Shown here: piece after piece, positions 47,759 to 56,318 of the stretch
Numbering within the stretch: position 1 is the first letter of the stretch
Layout: the number at the start of each line of letters is the position of its first letter
DNA from: an uncultured Eubacteriales bacterium
GTDB taxonomy: Bacteria > Bacillota > Clostridia > Oscillospirales > Acutalibacteraceae
Direction: 5' to 3'
Length of the DNA stretch: 60,533 nucleotides
Assembly: GCA_964614605.1 (NCBI GenBank)
Contig: CAZTLU010000001.1
Location: 5,291 to 65,823 of the forward strand
Made by a program: the position numbers and the translations under genes
The notes under the pieces: generated by a model
Databases searched by the model: none
What the model was told of the DNA's origin: nothing
Seen by the model: only the letters and a program-made list of their open reading frames with translations

Positions 47759-49057
47759 TTATTTATATTTTGCAATCAGACATGGCAAAATCACAGGTCT
47801 TTTACCTTCAATTTTTTCAATCTGATTGAGCAATAATGTTTTTAGTCCACTTTTTACCTGCGCATATTCTTTAGATTTTATTAAGTTTTTCTTTTGTGCT
47901 GAATCATTAGAATTATCATATAAATAATCTTCAAGATAGATGTTTGAAGATGCAGATAAGAGTTTGGGCGACGAAACTGAATATGTATAATACTTTGTCC
48001 TTATTGCTCTGCCACACTGACTCTCGCTTATCTGAACAAAAACAAAACCATAGTCGCCTTTTTCCTGAATTGCCTCACCCTGATAATAATCAGGTGGATA
48101 AATCATACCCGAATGCAAGATTGTGGGTGGCAAATCAATAAGACTTATCATTCGGCTATCTTTTTTACCAGTCTCAAAATCTTTTCCTTTTATTACAAGA
48201 GGAATATGAATTGAGGAATCGTGACAGCTACGCTTGTACTCCATATTTCTTGTTTTAAAATGGCATCCGTGGTCAGATGTATAGATAATCGTTGTATTGT
48301 CATATATTCCTTTTTCTTTAAGTGCATCAATGAGTCGACCAAGATTATCATCAAGACTTTCAATTGCAGCCAGATAATCAGGATATTGTTCTTTATAATT
48401 TCCCTTTAGAAATGTTAAATCTTCAGGAAGCGGATAATCTTTGTATTTTTCAACCTTTTCCTTTGGACCTTCAAATCTGTTATGGTCATTCTGATGATGT
48501 GGCTCTAATTGAGAAATAAACATAAAGAAAGGCTTTTCGCCATTGTGATTTTCGATATATTCTATTGCAAAATCATTGATTTTATCTGCACGATAACCTT
48601 TAAAATCAATTCGACTTCCGTTTTCATCAAATATATATCCATCATAACGGTGCGAAGTAAATTCAAGCACATCAGCACCACGGAAATATTTATATCCCCA
48701 TAAGCGATTTTTAGGAATAGCGGTTTTTTCACACTTGATATTTTCGCCACCGTTTTTGCCTGAAGCAAGATGCAACTTACCGATATATGCAGTATCATAC
48801 CCGTTTTCGTTAAAATAATCGGCCAAAGATTTTGCGTCATCATGAAGCGGAATACCGTTTATATGACAACCGCATTCTGTAGGATAAACTCCGGTTTGCA
48901 AGCTTGCTCTCGCAGGACCGCAGACAGGTTGACAGGTATAACAATTCTCAAAAAAAGTACCCTCATCTGCAAGTTTCATAAGGTTTGGCATAATTTCAGA
49001 ATTTGCAGTATCATATCTCTGTTGGTCAGAAAAGTAAAAAATGATGTTATCTTTCAT
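47759..49057 (-). CDS. Cys-type sulfatase (alkaline-phosphatase superfamily), no signal peptide
   Basis: NIIFYFSDQQR, signature C-G-P-A-R-A-S-L-Q-T-G (CxPxRxxxLxTG), YTSDHG. ATG at 49057 is 6 nt after GAGG. Confidence 0.85.
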   Translation of the reverse strand: MKDNIIFYFSDQQRYDTANSEIMPNLMKLADEGTFFENCYTCQPVCGPARASLQTGVYPTECGCHINGIPLHDDAKSLADYFNENGYDTAYIGKLHLASGKNGGENIKCEKTAIPKNRLWGYKYFRGADVLEFTSHRYDGYIFDENGSRIDFKGYRADKINDFAIEYIENHNGEKPFFMFISQLEPHHQNDHNRFEGPKEKVEKYKDYPLPEDLTFLKGNYKEQYPDYLAAIESLDDNLGRLIDALKEKGIYDNTTIIYTSDHGCHFKTRNMEYKRSCHDSSIHIPLVIKGKDFETGKKDSRMISLIDLPPTILHSGMIYPPDYYQGEAIQEKGDYGFVFVQISESQCGRAIRTKYYTYSVSSPKLLSASSNIYLEDYLYDNSNDSAQKKNLIKSKEYAQVKSGLKTLLLNQIEKIEGKRPVILPCLIAKYK

Positions 49058-49121
49058 ACGAAACCTCAAAAAACAGTTTTTGATATTATAACACACGATA
49101 AGAATTTTAACAACGATATTA

Positions 49122-49150
49122 TTGAAAATATTGGTATATTGTGTTAAAAT
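49122..49150 (+). promoter_or_regulatory. Extended -10 promoter of manA
   Basis: TTGAAA-17 nt (ending TGt)-TAAAAT. Confidence 0.5.
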
Positions 49151-49179
49151 TATTTAAAACTTAAATAAGGAGATTTTTT

Positions 49180-50127
49180 ATGTATATTTTAAAATTAAAT
49201 CCTGTTTTTAAAGATTATCTTTGGGGCGGTACAAAGCTTCGCGACGAATATGGGTTCAAGTCCGACCTTGATAAGCTTGCAGAGGGCTGGATGCTCTCTT
49301 GTCATAAAGACGGTGAAAACACCATAGAAAACGGTGAATTTGCAGGCAAAACATTAACAGAGGTTGTTGAGTCAAATTCTGATTTCTTGGGAGAAAACGG
49401 AAAGAAGTTCGAGTATTTTCCTATACTTATAAAACTTATTGATGCTAAAAATGATTTATCGGTTCAGGTTCATCCTGATAACGAATATGCCATGAGAGTT
49501 GAGGGTGAATACGGCAAAACAGAGTGCTGGTATATCCTTGATTGTGATGAAGGTGCAGAACTTATTTACGGCTTTAACCGTGAGATTTCAAGTGATGAAT
49601 TCAGAGAAGGCATTGAAAAAAATACTTTCCTTGACACGGTAAACAAGGTCAAGGTAAAAAAAGGTGATTTATTCTTTATTGAAGCAGGAACACTCCACGC
49701 AATCGGCAAAGGTATATTACTTGCAGAAATTCAGCAGAATTCTAACACTACATATCGCGTTTATGACTATGGCAGACTCGGCGCTGATGGTAAGCCAAGA
49801 GCACTGCATGTAGAAAAAGCAATTGATGTTACAAGCTGTACTCCACCCACAAGAAACACTGACCCAGAGGGCGAATTGGTCGTTGGTAGTGGCTATTCTG
49901 CACAATTACTTACAAAATGTGATTTATTCAATGTACAAAAAGCATCTGTTACTGCCGAATATACAGACGTAGCAGATGAAAAATCCTTTGTTTCAATTCT
50001 TGTAACAGATGGCAACGGTACAATTGACGGAATTGAAATCAAAAAGGGTGACAGTCTTTTCATTCCCGCAAATTACGGTAATTTCACTGTAAAAGGCAAT
50101 ATTGAGGTTATTGTAACGCGAGTTTAA
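49180..50127 (+). CDS. manA: Class I mannose-6-phosphate isomerase
   Basis: KDYLWGG, LSVQVHPD, KTECWYIL, GTLHAIG, YRVYDYGR. Confidence 0.88.
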   Translation: MYILKLNPVFKDYLWGGTKLRDEYGFKSDLDKLAEGWMLSCHKDGENTIENGEFAGKTLTEVVESNSDFLGENGKKFEYFPILIKLIDAKNDLSVQVHPDNEYAMRVEGEYGKTECWYILDCDEGAELIYGFNREISSDEFREGIEKNTFLDTVNKVKVKKGDLFFIEAGTLHAIGKGILLAEIQQNSNTTYRVYDYGRLGADGKPRALHVEKAIDVTSCTPPTRNTDPEGELVVGSGYSAQLLTKCDLFNVQKASVTAEYTDVADEKSFVSILVTDGNGTIDGIEIKKGDSLFIPANYGNFTVKGNIEVIVTRV

Positions 50128-50169
50128 TGATTTTTGCAGTTGTGCTTGTAACCTTAAAGATAAAAAGCA

Positions 50170-50197
50170 TTGACAAACCGTGCATCAATGATATAAT
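50170..50197 (+). promoter_or_regulatory. Promoter of the FMN riboswitch-ribU unit
   Basis: TTGACA-16 nt (ending TGa)-TATAAT. Confidence 0.7.
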
Positions 50198-50214
50198 TAA
50201 ACCATAAAATATAT

Positions 50215-50328
50215 TAGTTGTCTTCAGGGCGGAGTGAAATTCTCCACCGGTGGTAAAGTCCACGAGCTAAATGCTGAATGGGTGTAATTCCCATACCGAC
50301 GGTATAGTCCGGATGAAAGAAGATGCAA
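50215..50328 (+). promoter_or_regulatory. FMN riboswitch (RFN element) aptamer
   Basis: TCTTCAGGGCGGAGTGAAATTCTCCACCGGTGGTAAAGTCCACGAGC...GGGTGTAATTCCCATACCGACGGTATAGTCCGGATGAAAGAAGA matches the remembered RFN consensus, including P1 TCTTC/GAAGA. Confidence 0.92.
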
Positions 50329-50348
50329 CTTGAATTTTAAGTTACATT

Positions 50349-50384
50349 TGCCCTGCTATTTTTTTAGCGGGGCATTTTCTGTTT
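50349..50384 (+). terminator. Riboswitch expression-platform terminator
   Basis: TGCCCTGCT-ATTTTTTT-AGCGGGGCA (one G-U pair) followed by TTTTCTGTTT. Confidence 0.75.
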
Positions 50385-50415
50385 GGCAACTAATCATTAT
50401 GAAAGGAAGATTTTT

Positions 50416-51006
50416 ATGTCAAACACCAGAAACAAAAAAGTATTCACTTTAACTGTCACCGCCTTAATGACTGCTATCGGCACTGTAATCTATATGGTTT
50501 TCCCCGAAATTCAGATTATTCCCGGCGTTGACTATATGAAAATTGATTTTTCAGATTTTCCCGCTGTGTTAACAGGTATTGTTTTCGGTCCTGTTCAAGG
50601 TGTATTGGTTGAGGTAGTAAAAAATATTATTCACCTGACACGAACAACAACTGTCGGCATTGGCGAAATTATGAATATTATTCTCGGTAGCGGAATTGTA
50701 ATTTCAATGTCAGTTTTTACAAAGTTTTTTTCAAAGGTATTTAAAGAAAAAAGATTTTCTGCAAGAACATATATTATTTCGTCAATAATAACAATTATAA
50801 TTACAATTATTTTAGGTTGGCTTGCAAATATGGTTTTTACTCCAATTTTTTACAGCATTATGGGTATCCCATTTGTAAGCGAAACATATTGGGCAGGCGT
50901 TTGGGGCTCAACTGCTCTTAACACAGTAAAGGCTTGCTTTAACATTATTCCTTTTTATCCAATTTATTTTGCAACAGAAAAAGCCGCGAAAAAATACACA
51001 ATGTAG
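50416..51006 (+). CDS. ribU: ECF-transporter S component, riboflavin-specific (RibU-like)
   Basis: 196-aa polytopic protein directly downstream of the FMN riboswitch. ATG follows AAAGGAAG with 6-nt spacing; the ORF-track TTG at 50383 lies inside the terminator tail. Confidence 0.8.
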   Translation: MSNTRNKKVFTLTVTALMTAIGTVIYMVFPEIQIIPGVDYMKIDFSDFPAVLTGIVFGPVQGVLVEVVKNIIHLTRTTTVGIGEIMNIILGSGIVISMSVFTKFFSKVFKEKRFSARTYIISSIITIIITIILGWLANMVFTPIFYSIMGIPFVSETYWAGVWGSTALNTVKACFNIIPFYPIYFATEKAAKKYTM

Positions 51007-51034
51007 TTGACATTGTCATAATTTGTGATAGAAT
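51007..51034 (+). promoter_or_regulatory. Promoter of the SAM riboswitch-metK unit
   Basis: TTGACA-16 nt (ending TGa)-TAGAAT. Confidence 0.65.
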
Positions 51035-51052
51035 ATATAAGAACCGAATATT

Positions 51053-51148
51053 TCCTTATGCAGAGTGGTGGAGGGTCTGGCCCTGTGAAACCCGGCAACC
51101 TGCTTTATGCGTGGTGCTAATTCCTGCGGATTTTCCGAGAGATAAGGT
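51053..51148 (+). promoter_or_regulatory. SAM-I riboswitch (S-box) aptamer
   Basis: CCTTATGCAGAGTGGTGGAGGGTCTGGCCCTGTGAAACCCGGCAACC...GGTGCTAATTCCTGCGG...GAGAGATAAGG, with P1 CCTTAT/ATAAGG. Confidence 0.92.
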
Positions 51149-51158
51149 TGTTTTTTAC

Positions 51159-51185
51159 GGCACCCTTATGGGTGCCTCATTTTTT
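51159..51185 (+). terminator. S-box terminator
   Basis: GGCACCC-TTAT-GGGTGCC then TCATTTTT. The 5' arm CCCTTAT can alternatively pair with the P1 3' strand ATAAGG as an antiterminator. Confidence 0.8.
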
Positions 51186-51198
51186 GGAGGCGAAAATT

Positions 51199-52389
51199 AT
51201 GGCAAAATTTTTATTTACATCAGAATCAGTAACAGAGGGACATCCCGACAAAATCTGTGACAAAATTTCAGATGCGGTGCTTGATGCGATGCTTGAGCAG
51301 GACAAGATGTCACGTGTTGCTTGCGAAACATGCTGCACAACAGGTCAGGTACTTGTAATGGGTGAAATCACCTCAAAGGCACAGGTAAACATTTCCGAAA
51401 TCGTTCGCAAAACAGTTTGTGAAATCGGTTATGACTCAAGCGAAAAAGGCTTTGACGGTAATTCCTGCGCAGTTCTTGTAGCGTTGGACAAGCAGTCTGC
51501 TGATATTGCATTGGGTGTTGACAACTCGATGGAAATCAAAGAAGGAAATGATGATTTCTATAACCTTAACGGTGCGGGCGACCAAGGAATGATGTTTGGC
51601 TTTGCTTGTGACGAAACTCCAGAGCTTATGCCCATGCCTATTTCAATGGCAAATAAGCTTGCAGTTCAGCTTACAAAGGTAAGAAAAGACGGCACTCTCC
51701 CCTATCTTCGTCCTGATGGCAAAACGCAGGTTACAGTTGAATATGACGAAAACCAAACTCCTGTCAGAATTGATGCAATCGTTGTATCTTCACAGCACAG
51801 CGCAGATGTTGAGCTTGCACAGATTCGTGAAGATGTTAAGAAATATGTTATTGCTCCCATTGTTCCCGCAGAGCTTTTAGATGACGATACAAAGATTTAT
51901 GTTAACCCAACAGGCAGATTTGTAATTGGCGGACCTATGGGTGACTCAGGTCTTACAGGACGTAAGATTATTGTTGATACATACGGTGGATACTCTCGTC
52001 ACGGCGGCGGTGCATTCTCGGGCAAAGACCCCACAAAAGTTGACCGTTCTGCTGCTTACGCTGCAAGATATGTTGCAAAGAATGTTGTTGCCGCAGGTCT
52101 TGCAAAGAAGTGCGAAATTCAGTTAGCATATGCAATCGGTGTTGCAAAACCCGTTTCAGTAATGGTTGACACATTCGGCACAGGTGTGCTCAAGGATTCA
52201 GAACTTGGCGATATTATTAACGAGGTATTCGACCTTCGTCCCGCAGCAATTATTGATAATCTCCGGCTTCGCAACCCCATTTACAAACAGCTTGCCGCTT
52301 ACGGACACATTGGCAGAACTGATTGTGATGTAATGTGGGAAGTTACTGATAAGGTTGAAATTTTAAAAGAAAAAGCAAATTTAAATTAA
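51199..52389 (+). CDS. metK: S-adenosylmethionine synthetase
   Basis: [41 protein letters not shown] lies 8 nt upstream. The ORF-track TTG at 51148 lies inside the riboswitch. Confidence 0.96.
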   Translation: MAKFLFTSESVTEGHPDKICDKISDAVLDAMLEQDKMSRVACETCCTTGQVLVMGEITSKAQVNISEIVRKTVCEIGYDSSEKGFDGNSCAVLVALDKQSADIALGVDNSMEIKEGNDDFYNLNGAGDQGMMFGFACDETPELMPMPISMANKLAVQLTKVRKDGTLPYLRPDGKTQVTVEYDENQTPVRIDAIVVSSQHSADVELAQIREDVKKYVIAPIVPAELLDDDTKIYVNPTGRFVIGGPMGDSGLTGRKIIVDTYGGYSRHGGGAFSGKDPTKVDRSAAYAARYVAKNVVAAGLAKKCEIQLAYAIGVAKPVSVMVDTFGTGVLKDSELGDIINEVFDLRPAAIIDNLRLRNPIYKQLAAYGHIGRTDCDVMWEVTDKVEILKEKANLN

Positions 52390-52481
52390 AAATTTTAACT
52401 GATTATAACAAGAATAAAAGCATTATTTTTAACCATAATAATCGTGCAGGCAGTCTACAATGATTTTAAGGAGTGAAAATA

Positions 52482-52694
52482 ATGCTTGACAGAATTTCTT
52501 TAATTCTCGTTATAATTGGTGCTATCAACTGGGGCGCAATCGGCTTGTTCCAATTTGACCTTGTTGCTTGGCTCTTCGGCGGTCAGGGAGCAATTATCAG
52601 CAGAATTGTTTATACCCTTGTGGCCCTTGCCGGAATTTGGTGCTTGTCACTTTTATTCCGTCGTAACGAGATTCTCGTTTCTGATGATGTATAG
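52482..52694 (+). CDS. DUF378 small membrane protein
   Basis: LILVIIGAINWGAIGLFQFDLVAWLFGG is the characteristic DUF378 signature; 70 aa. Confidence 0.85.
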   Translation: MLDRISLILVIIGAINWGAIGLFQFDLVAWLFGGQGAIISRIVYTLVALAGIWCLSLLFRRNEILVSDDV

Positions 52695-52700
52695 AATAAA

Positions 52701-52728
52701 CCGGGAAGACAAATTCTTCCCGGTTCAT
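52701..52728. terminator. Bidirectional terminator (DUF378 gene on plus, rqcH on minus)
   Basis: CCGGGAAGA-CAAAT-TCTTCCCGG, A-rich upstream and T-rich downstream. Confidence 0.8.
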
Positions 52729-52729
52729 T

Positions 52730-54481
52730 TTATTTAATCTTAAGTTTTTCAATTAAATCCTTTTGAGGTGTTACATAAACGGTGTTGTAAGTATTATAAA
52801 TTACCTTACCTGGCTTTGCACCAACAGGTTTTTTGATGTTTTTAATAATTGTATAATCAACTGCAACAGATGATGAAGCTTTTGATTTACTGTGATATGC
52901 CGCTATACACGCCGCCTCATAAATTGCGATATCAGTAATTTCTTTATTATCAGCAACAATAATTGTATGAGAGCCTGCCTGCTTTTGAACGTGAAGCCAT
53001 ATATCATAATTTTTTGCAGTTTTTAATGTAAGAATATCATTCTGTATGTTGTTTCTGCCTACAAAAATTTTAAAGCCGTCGCTTGATAGAAACTCTACTG
53101 GTGATAATGGCTTTTCTTTTTTATGCTTACTGCCCTTTTTAGATTTAATGTAACCGCCAATTTCAAGCTCTTCGCGAATTTCAGAAATCTCTCGGTCTGT
53201 ATCGGCTCTCGAAAGATTGTCAATAACGGTATCGAGATAAATTAGTTCCTGCTCGCCTTCTTCTATTAAGGTATGAAGAAGTTTTTCTGCATTGGCGGCT
53301 TTTTTATATTCCTTGAAATACTTTTGAGCATTTTGTTGAGCCGTCAACGCGGGATTTGCGGGTATATCAATCAGCTTGTTATCATCATAATAATTCTCAA
53401 CACAATAAACAGAAGATTTTTCAGTTAATCGGTACTGATTTGCGGTGATGAGTTCAGCAAAAATGCGGAGTTGTTCACGATTTTCGCTTTTCTCCAGCTC
53501 TGCTTTTCTGTTGTTGATTTTACGGGCAGTTCTTTCAACTGCACTGTTGAGAAGCTTAAATAAATCTGACGCTCGGCGTTTAATTCTGTTTGCCTTGTCA
53601 CGCTCAAAATAGAAATCGTCAAGAAGCTCTGAATATGTTTCATATTCCTTCTTTTCAAGAGTTTTACCATATTGACGAATATTGGTAAAAGAAAAATCAA
53701 AAGGTGCATTTTCACCATTAACCAACATTTGAGGAGTAGATTTTTCAATAATCTCTTCTTTTATAATTTGAAGCTCATTTGCAAGACGCTCAATTTCAAT
53801 CTCACTCAACAAACCAATTTGTTTATCGCCGAAAACTGTTCTGTAAGCAATTTCACGGCAGACAATCGGTGAAAAACCTTCAATAACATCTAGAATTCCT
53901 TTTGAAAGAATTTTTTCACTTTTTTCTAAAATGCTCGCAATAATGATTGACACATCATCATTGATAATATCACATTTATCCTGCATAGGCGGGAGTTCAT
54001 AGCGAAGTCCCGGCAGAATTTCACGAACTTGAGATTTGTTTTCGTCCACTCTCTTGACTGCATCAAGAATTTTATAATCACTATCGCAGAGAATAATATT
54101 ACTTCTCTGACCCATAATCTCAAAAACAAGATGATATTGGGTTTTGTCACCTATTTCAGTTGTACCGTCAAAATCAAATATTAAAATTCTGTCGCTTTTT
54201 ATTTGTCTTATATCAACAAGATTTGCGCCTACAAGTCTTTTGCGGAAAAGCATACAGAGCATTGGCGGAGTTTTAGGGTTTTCAAGAGAATATCTTGTTA
54301 AATGAACTCTCGGGCTTTGACCATCACAGGAGGAATATAATCTATAAGCGCCGTTTCGGGTGCGCAAAATAAACACCAACTCATTTTTTGAGGGCTGGTG
54401 TATTTTTTCGACTTTAGCGCCGATTATATAGCCTTTCAGCTCGTTTTTGATTAAACCCAAAGTTATTCCGTCAAGTGCCAT
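52730..54481 (-). CDS. rqcH: NFACT-family ribosome quality-control protein RqcH (FbpA-like)
   Basis: MALDGITLGLIKNEL..., coiled-coil middle, C-terminal NFACT-R block (DIWLHV....GSH). The ORF-track extension overlaps the upstream gene. Confidence 0.88.
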   Translation of the reverse strand: MALDGITLGLIKNELKGYIIGAKVEKIHQPSKNELVFILRTRNGAYRLYSSCDGQSPRVHLTRYSLENPKTPPMLCMLFRKRLVGANLVDIRQIKSDRILIFDFDGTTEIGDKTQYHLVFEIMGQRSNIILCDSDYKILDAVKRVDENKSQVREILPGLRYELPPMQDKCDIINDDVSIIIASILEKSEKILSKGILDVIEGFSPIVCREIAYRTVFGDKQIGLLSEIEIERLANELQIIKEEIIEKSTPQMLVNGENAPFDFSFTNIRQYGKTLEKKEYETYSELLDDFYFERDKANRIKRRASDLFKLLNSAVERTARKINNRKAELEKSENREQLRIFAELITANQYRLTEKSSVYCVENYYDDNKLIDIPANPALTAQQNAQKYFKEYKKAANAEKLLHTLIEEGEQELIYLDTVIDNLSRADTDREISEIREELEIGGYIKSKKGSKHKKEKPLSPVEFLSSDGFKIFVGRNNIQNDILTLKTAKNYDIWLHVQKQAGSHTIIVADNKEITDIAIYEAACIAAYHSKSKASSSVAVDYTIIKNIKKPVGAKPGKVIYNTYNTVYVTPQKDLIEKLKIK

Positions 54482-54489
54482 AAAACCTC

Positions 54490-55233
54490 TTAAATAGTAA
54501 TTATCGGGGATTTCTGTACCGCGATAACACACTCAATATCAAAAATACTCTTAATTCTATCTGCAAGTGGTTTGATTGCTATGTTTTCTGTTTCAAAATG
54601 TCCTGCGCAAACAAGCAAAATTCCCATTTCATCTGCATCAAGAAAGCTATGATGTGAACCGTCACCTGTTAGGAGTGCGTCACAATTTAATTCTTTTGCC
54701 AACGCAAGATAGTCACTGCCTGAACCACTGCAAACCGCTACTCTTTTTACTGATTTTTCAATTGAATTATATCTTACAACTCCGTTGAGCTTTGACTTTA
54801 TAAACTGTGTGAACTCATTTGAATTCATTTCAGTTGTAAGCTCACCAACATTAAGACAAGTATTTTCGATTTTCGTTATATTATCAAGCTCAATTGTTTT
54901 ACATAGAATGTCATTAACACCGTCTATTGCTTTATCATAGTTTGTGTGGGCACAGATAATACTCAAATTATTTTTAATCAACTTATAAACTAAACTGTCA
55001 GCATTTACCTCTGAAATCGGCTTGAAAATTATGGGGTGATGGGTAACAATCAAATCTGCGTCGCAAGAAACTGCCTGATTGATAACATTTTCTGTACAAT
55101 CAAGTGCAAACAGAATTTTATTAACTTTTTTATTTTCGTCACCAACAAGCAATCCCGAATTATCCCACTCTTCTGCAGTAGTAAAGGGTGCTATTGTATC
55201 AATAAAATTGTAAATATCTCTTACAGTTGCCAT
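54490..55233 (-). CDS. Nif3-like dinuclear metal-centre protein (YqfO family)
   Basis: EEWDNSGLLVGD, LIVTHHPIIF, ICAHTNYD, TGD..HH. Confidence 0.88.
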   Translation of the reverse strand: MATVRDIYNFIDTIAPFTTAEEWDNSGLLVGDENKKVNKILFALDCTENVINQAVSCDADLIVTHHPIIFKPISEVNADSLVYKLIKNNLSIICAHTNYDKAIDGVNDILCKTIELDNITKIENTCLNVGELTTEMNSNEFTQFIKSKLNGVVRYNSIEKSVKRVAVCSGSGSDYLALAKELNCDALLTGDGSHHSFLDADEMGILLVCAGHFETENIAIKPLADRIKSIFDIECVIAVQKSPIITI

Positions 55234-55889
55234 TTCTTTAACTCCCCTACTGTTTTTTCAAGTTCTTCGCAATCTTTTTCAGCTCTTTTTAATGCAACAA
55301 GCTTTTTGTTATATTTCTCATAAATATGATTAAGATATATTTTTGAAGCTTCGTCATCATTAGAAGTCAGTTTACCAACAATTAAATCAAAATTGGTATA
55401 ATCAATTTTTTCCCCGCCATAATATGCGCTGATTATTATGTAAAGCTTGTCTTTGTCTTGTACTGCAACTTCTTTATCAATTTGAAAGCCATTGTCTAAA
55501 AGAGTTTTTCTCAATTCTTCAGTATGAGTCATAGGCTGAAGAATCAAATGAATGTCAGTATTTTTAAGCCATTCTGTTCGCTCTACGAATTGAGCGATGA
55601 GCAATCCGCCCATACCTGCAACGGCAATTTCATTAACTTCACCGGCGGTAAAATTATCAAGTCCGTCAGATAAACGAAGTTGAATTTTTTCGGTAAGATT
55701 ATATACTTCGGCAGTTTCTCTTGCGTTTTCAAGAGGACCTTTACGCAAATCTGCGGCAATGGCATTATCAATTATACCGTTTTTTATGAGATAAACGGGC
55801 AAATATGCATGGTCTGTACCGATATCGGCAAATTTTGTGCCATTTCGTATCAAACCCGCCACCGCAGAAAGTCTTTTATCTAATTGCAT
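55221..55889 (-). CDS. trmK: tRNA (adenine22-N1)-methyltransferase TrmK
   Basis: L.KRL..VA.LI......ADIGTDHAYLPVYL; coupled to the Nif3 gene as in the B. subtilis yqfN-yqfO pair. Confidence 0.88.
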   Translation of the reverse strand: MQLDKRLSAVAGLIRNGTKFADIGTDHAYLPVYLIKNGIIDNAIAADLRKGPLENARETAEVYNLTEKIQLRLSDGLDNFTAGEVNEIAVAGMGGLLIAQFVERTEWLKNTDIHLILQPMTHTEELRKTLLDNGFQIDKEVAVQDKDKLYIIISAYYGGEKIDYTNFDLIVGKLTSNDDEASKIYLNHIYEKYNKKLVALKRAEKDCEELEKTVGELKKWQL

Positions 55890-55912
55890 ATAATCACCGC
55901 CTTTTAAGAAAA

Positions 55913-55935
55913 TCCCCCTATGTTATATAGGGGGA
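55913..55935. terminator. Terminator after the DUF1858 gene
   Basis: TCCCCCTAT-GTTA-TATAGGGGGA; T-rich tracts follow the hairpin on both strands. Confidence 0.75.
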
Positions 55936-55945
55936 GATTTTTTAA

Positions 55946-56158
55946 TTATTTGCTTGCGTTTTCTTTTAGAAATTCGTTAATTCCTGCAACGAATTCATCG
56001 GGGTCAACACCGTGAACCATACAAGCCTGCTCAACAGTTTCCCCTCTTGCTGATGGACAGCCAAGGCAATGCATACCGAGATTAAGGAAAAACGGTACAG
56101 TTTCTCTTGCATTATCAAGAATTTCGCCGATGTTCATATCTTTAGTAACCTGAAACAT
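55946..56158 (-). CDS. DUF1858 (hybrid-cluster-protein-associated redox disulfide) protein
   Basis: 70 aa; T.DMNIGEIL.....V.FFLNLGMHCLGCP.A..ETVEQAC..HG. Confidence 0.8.
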   Translation of the reverse strand: MFQVTKDMNIGEILDNARETVPFFLNLGMHCLGCPSARGETVEQACMVHGVDPDEFVAGINEFLKENASK

Positions 56159-56179
56159 TTTTATTCTCCTTTAGTAACT

Positions 56180-56208
56180 GCTGATTTAATCGGGTTGCGA
56201 TTATCAGC
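56180..56208 (-). promoter_or_regulatory. 5'-UTR hairpin upstream of the DUF1858 gene
   Basis: Minus strand reads GCTGAT-AATCG-CAACC-CGATT-AA-ATCAGC (11 bp with an AA bulge), ending about 14 nt before the SD AAAGGAG. Confidence 0.35.
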
Positions 56209-56228
56209 GAGATAGTTTTTGCCAGAAG

Positions 56229-56286
56229 CGTCAAAAAACGCAGGCAATACTTTGTGTATTAACGAGTATTTTTGGCGTTTCTGACG
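56229..56286 (-). terminator. Long compound hairpin after ileS (putative terminator or attenuator)
   Basis: Minus strand reads CGTCAGAAACGC...AATACT-N13-AGTATT...GCGTTTTTTGACG. The U-run is part of the 3' arm. Confidence 0.45.
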
Positions 56287-56318
56287 GAAAAGTAGCCGCT
56301 GTGAATTGTGATTTTGAT

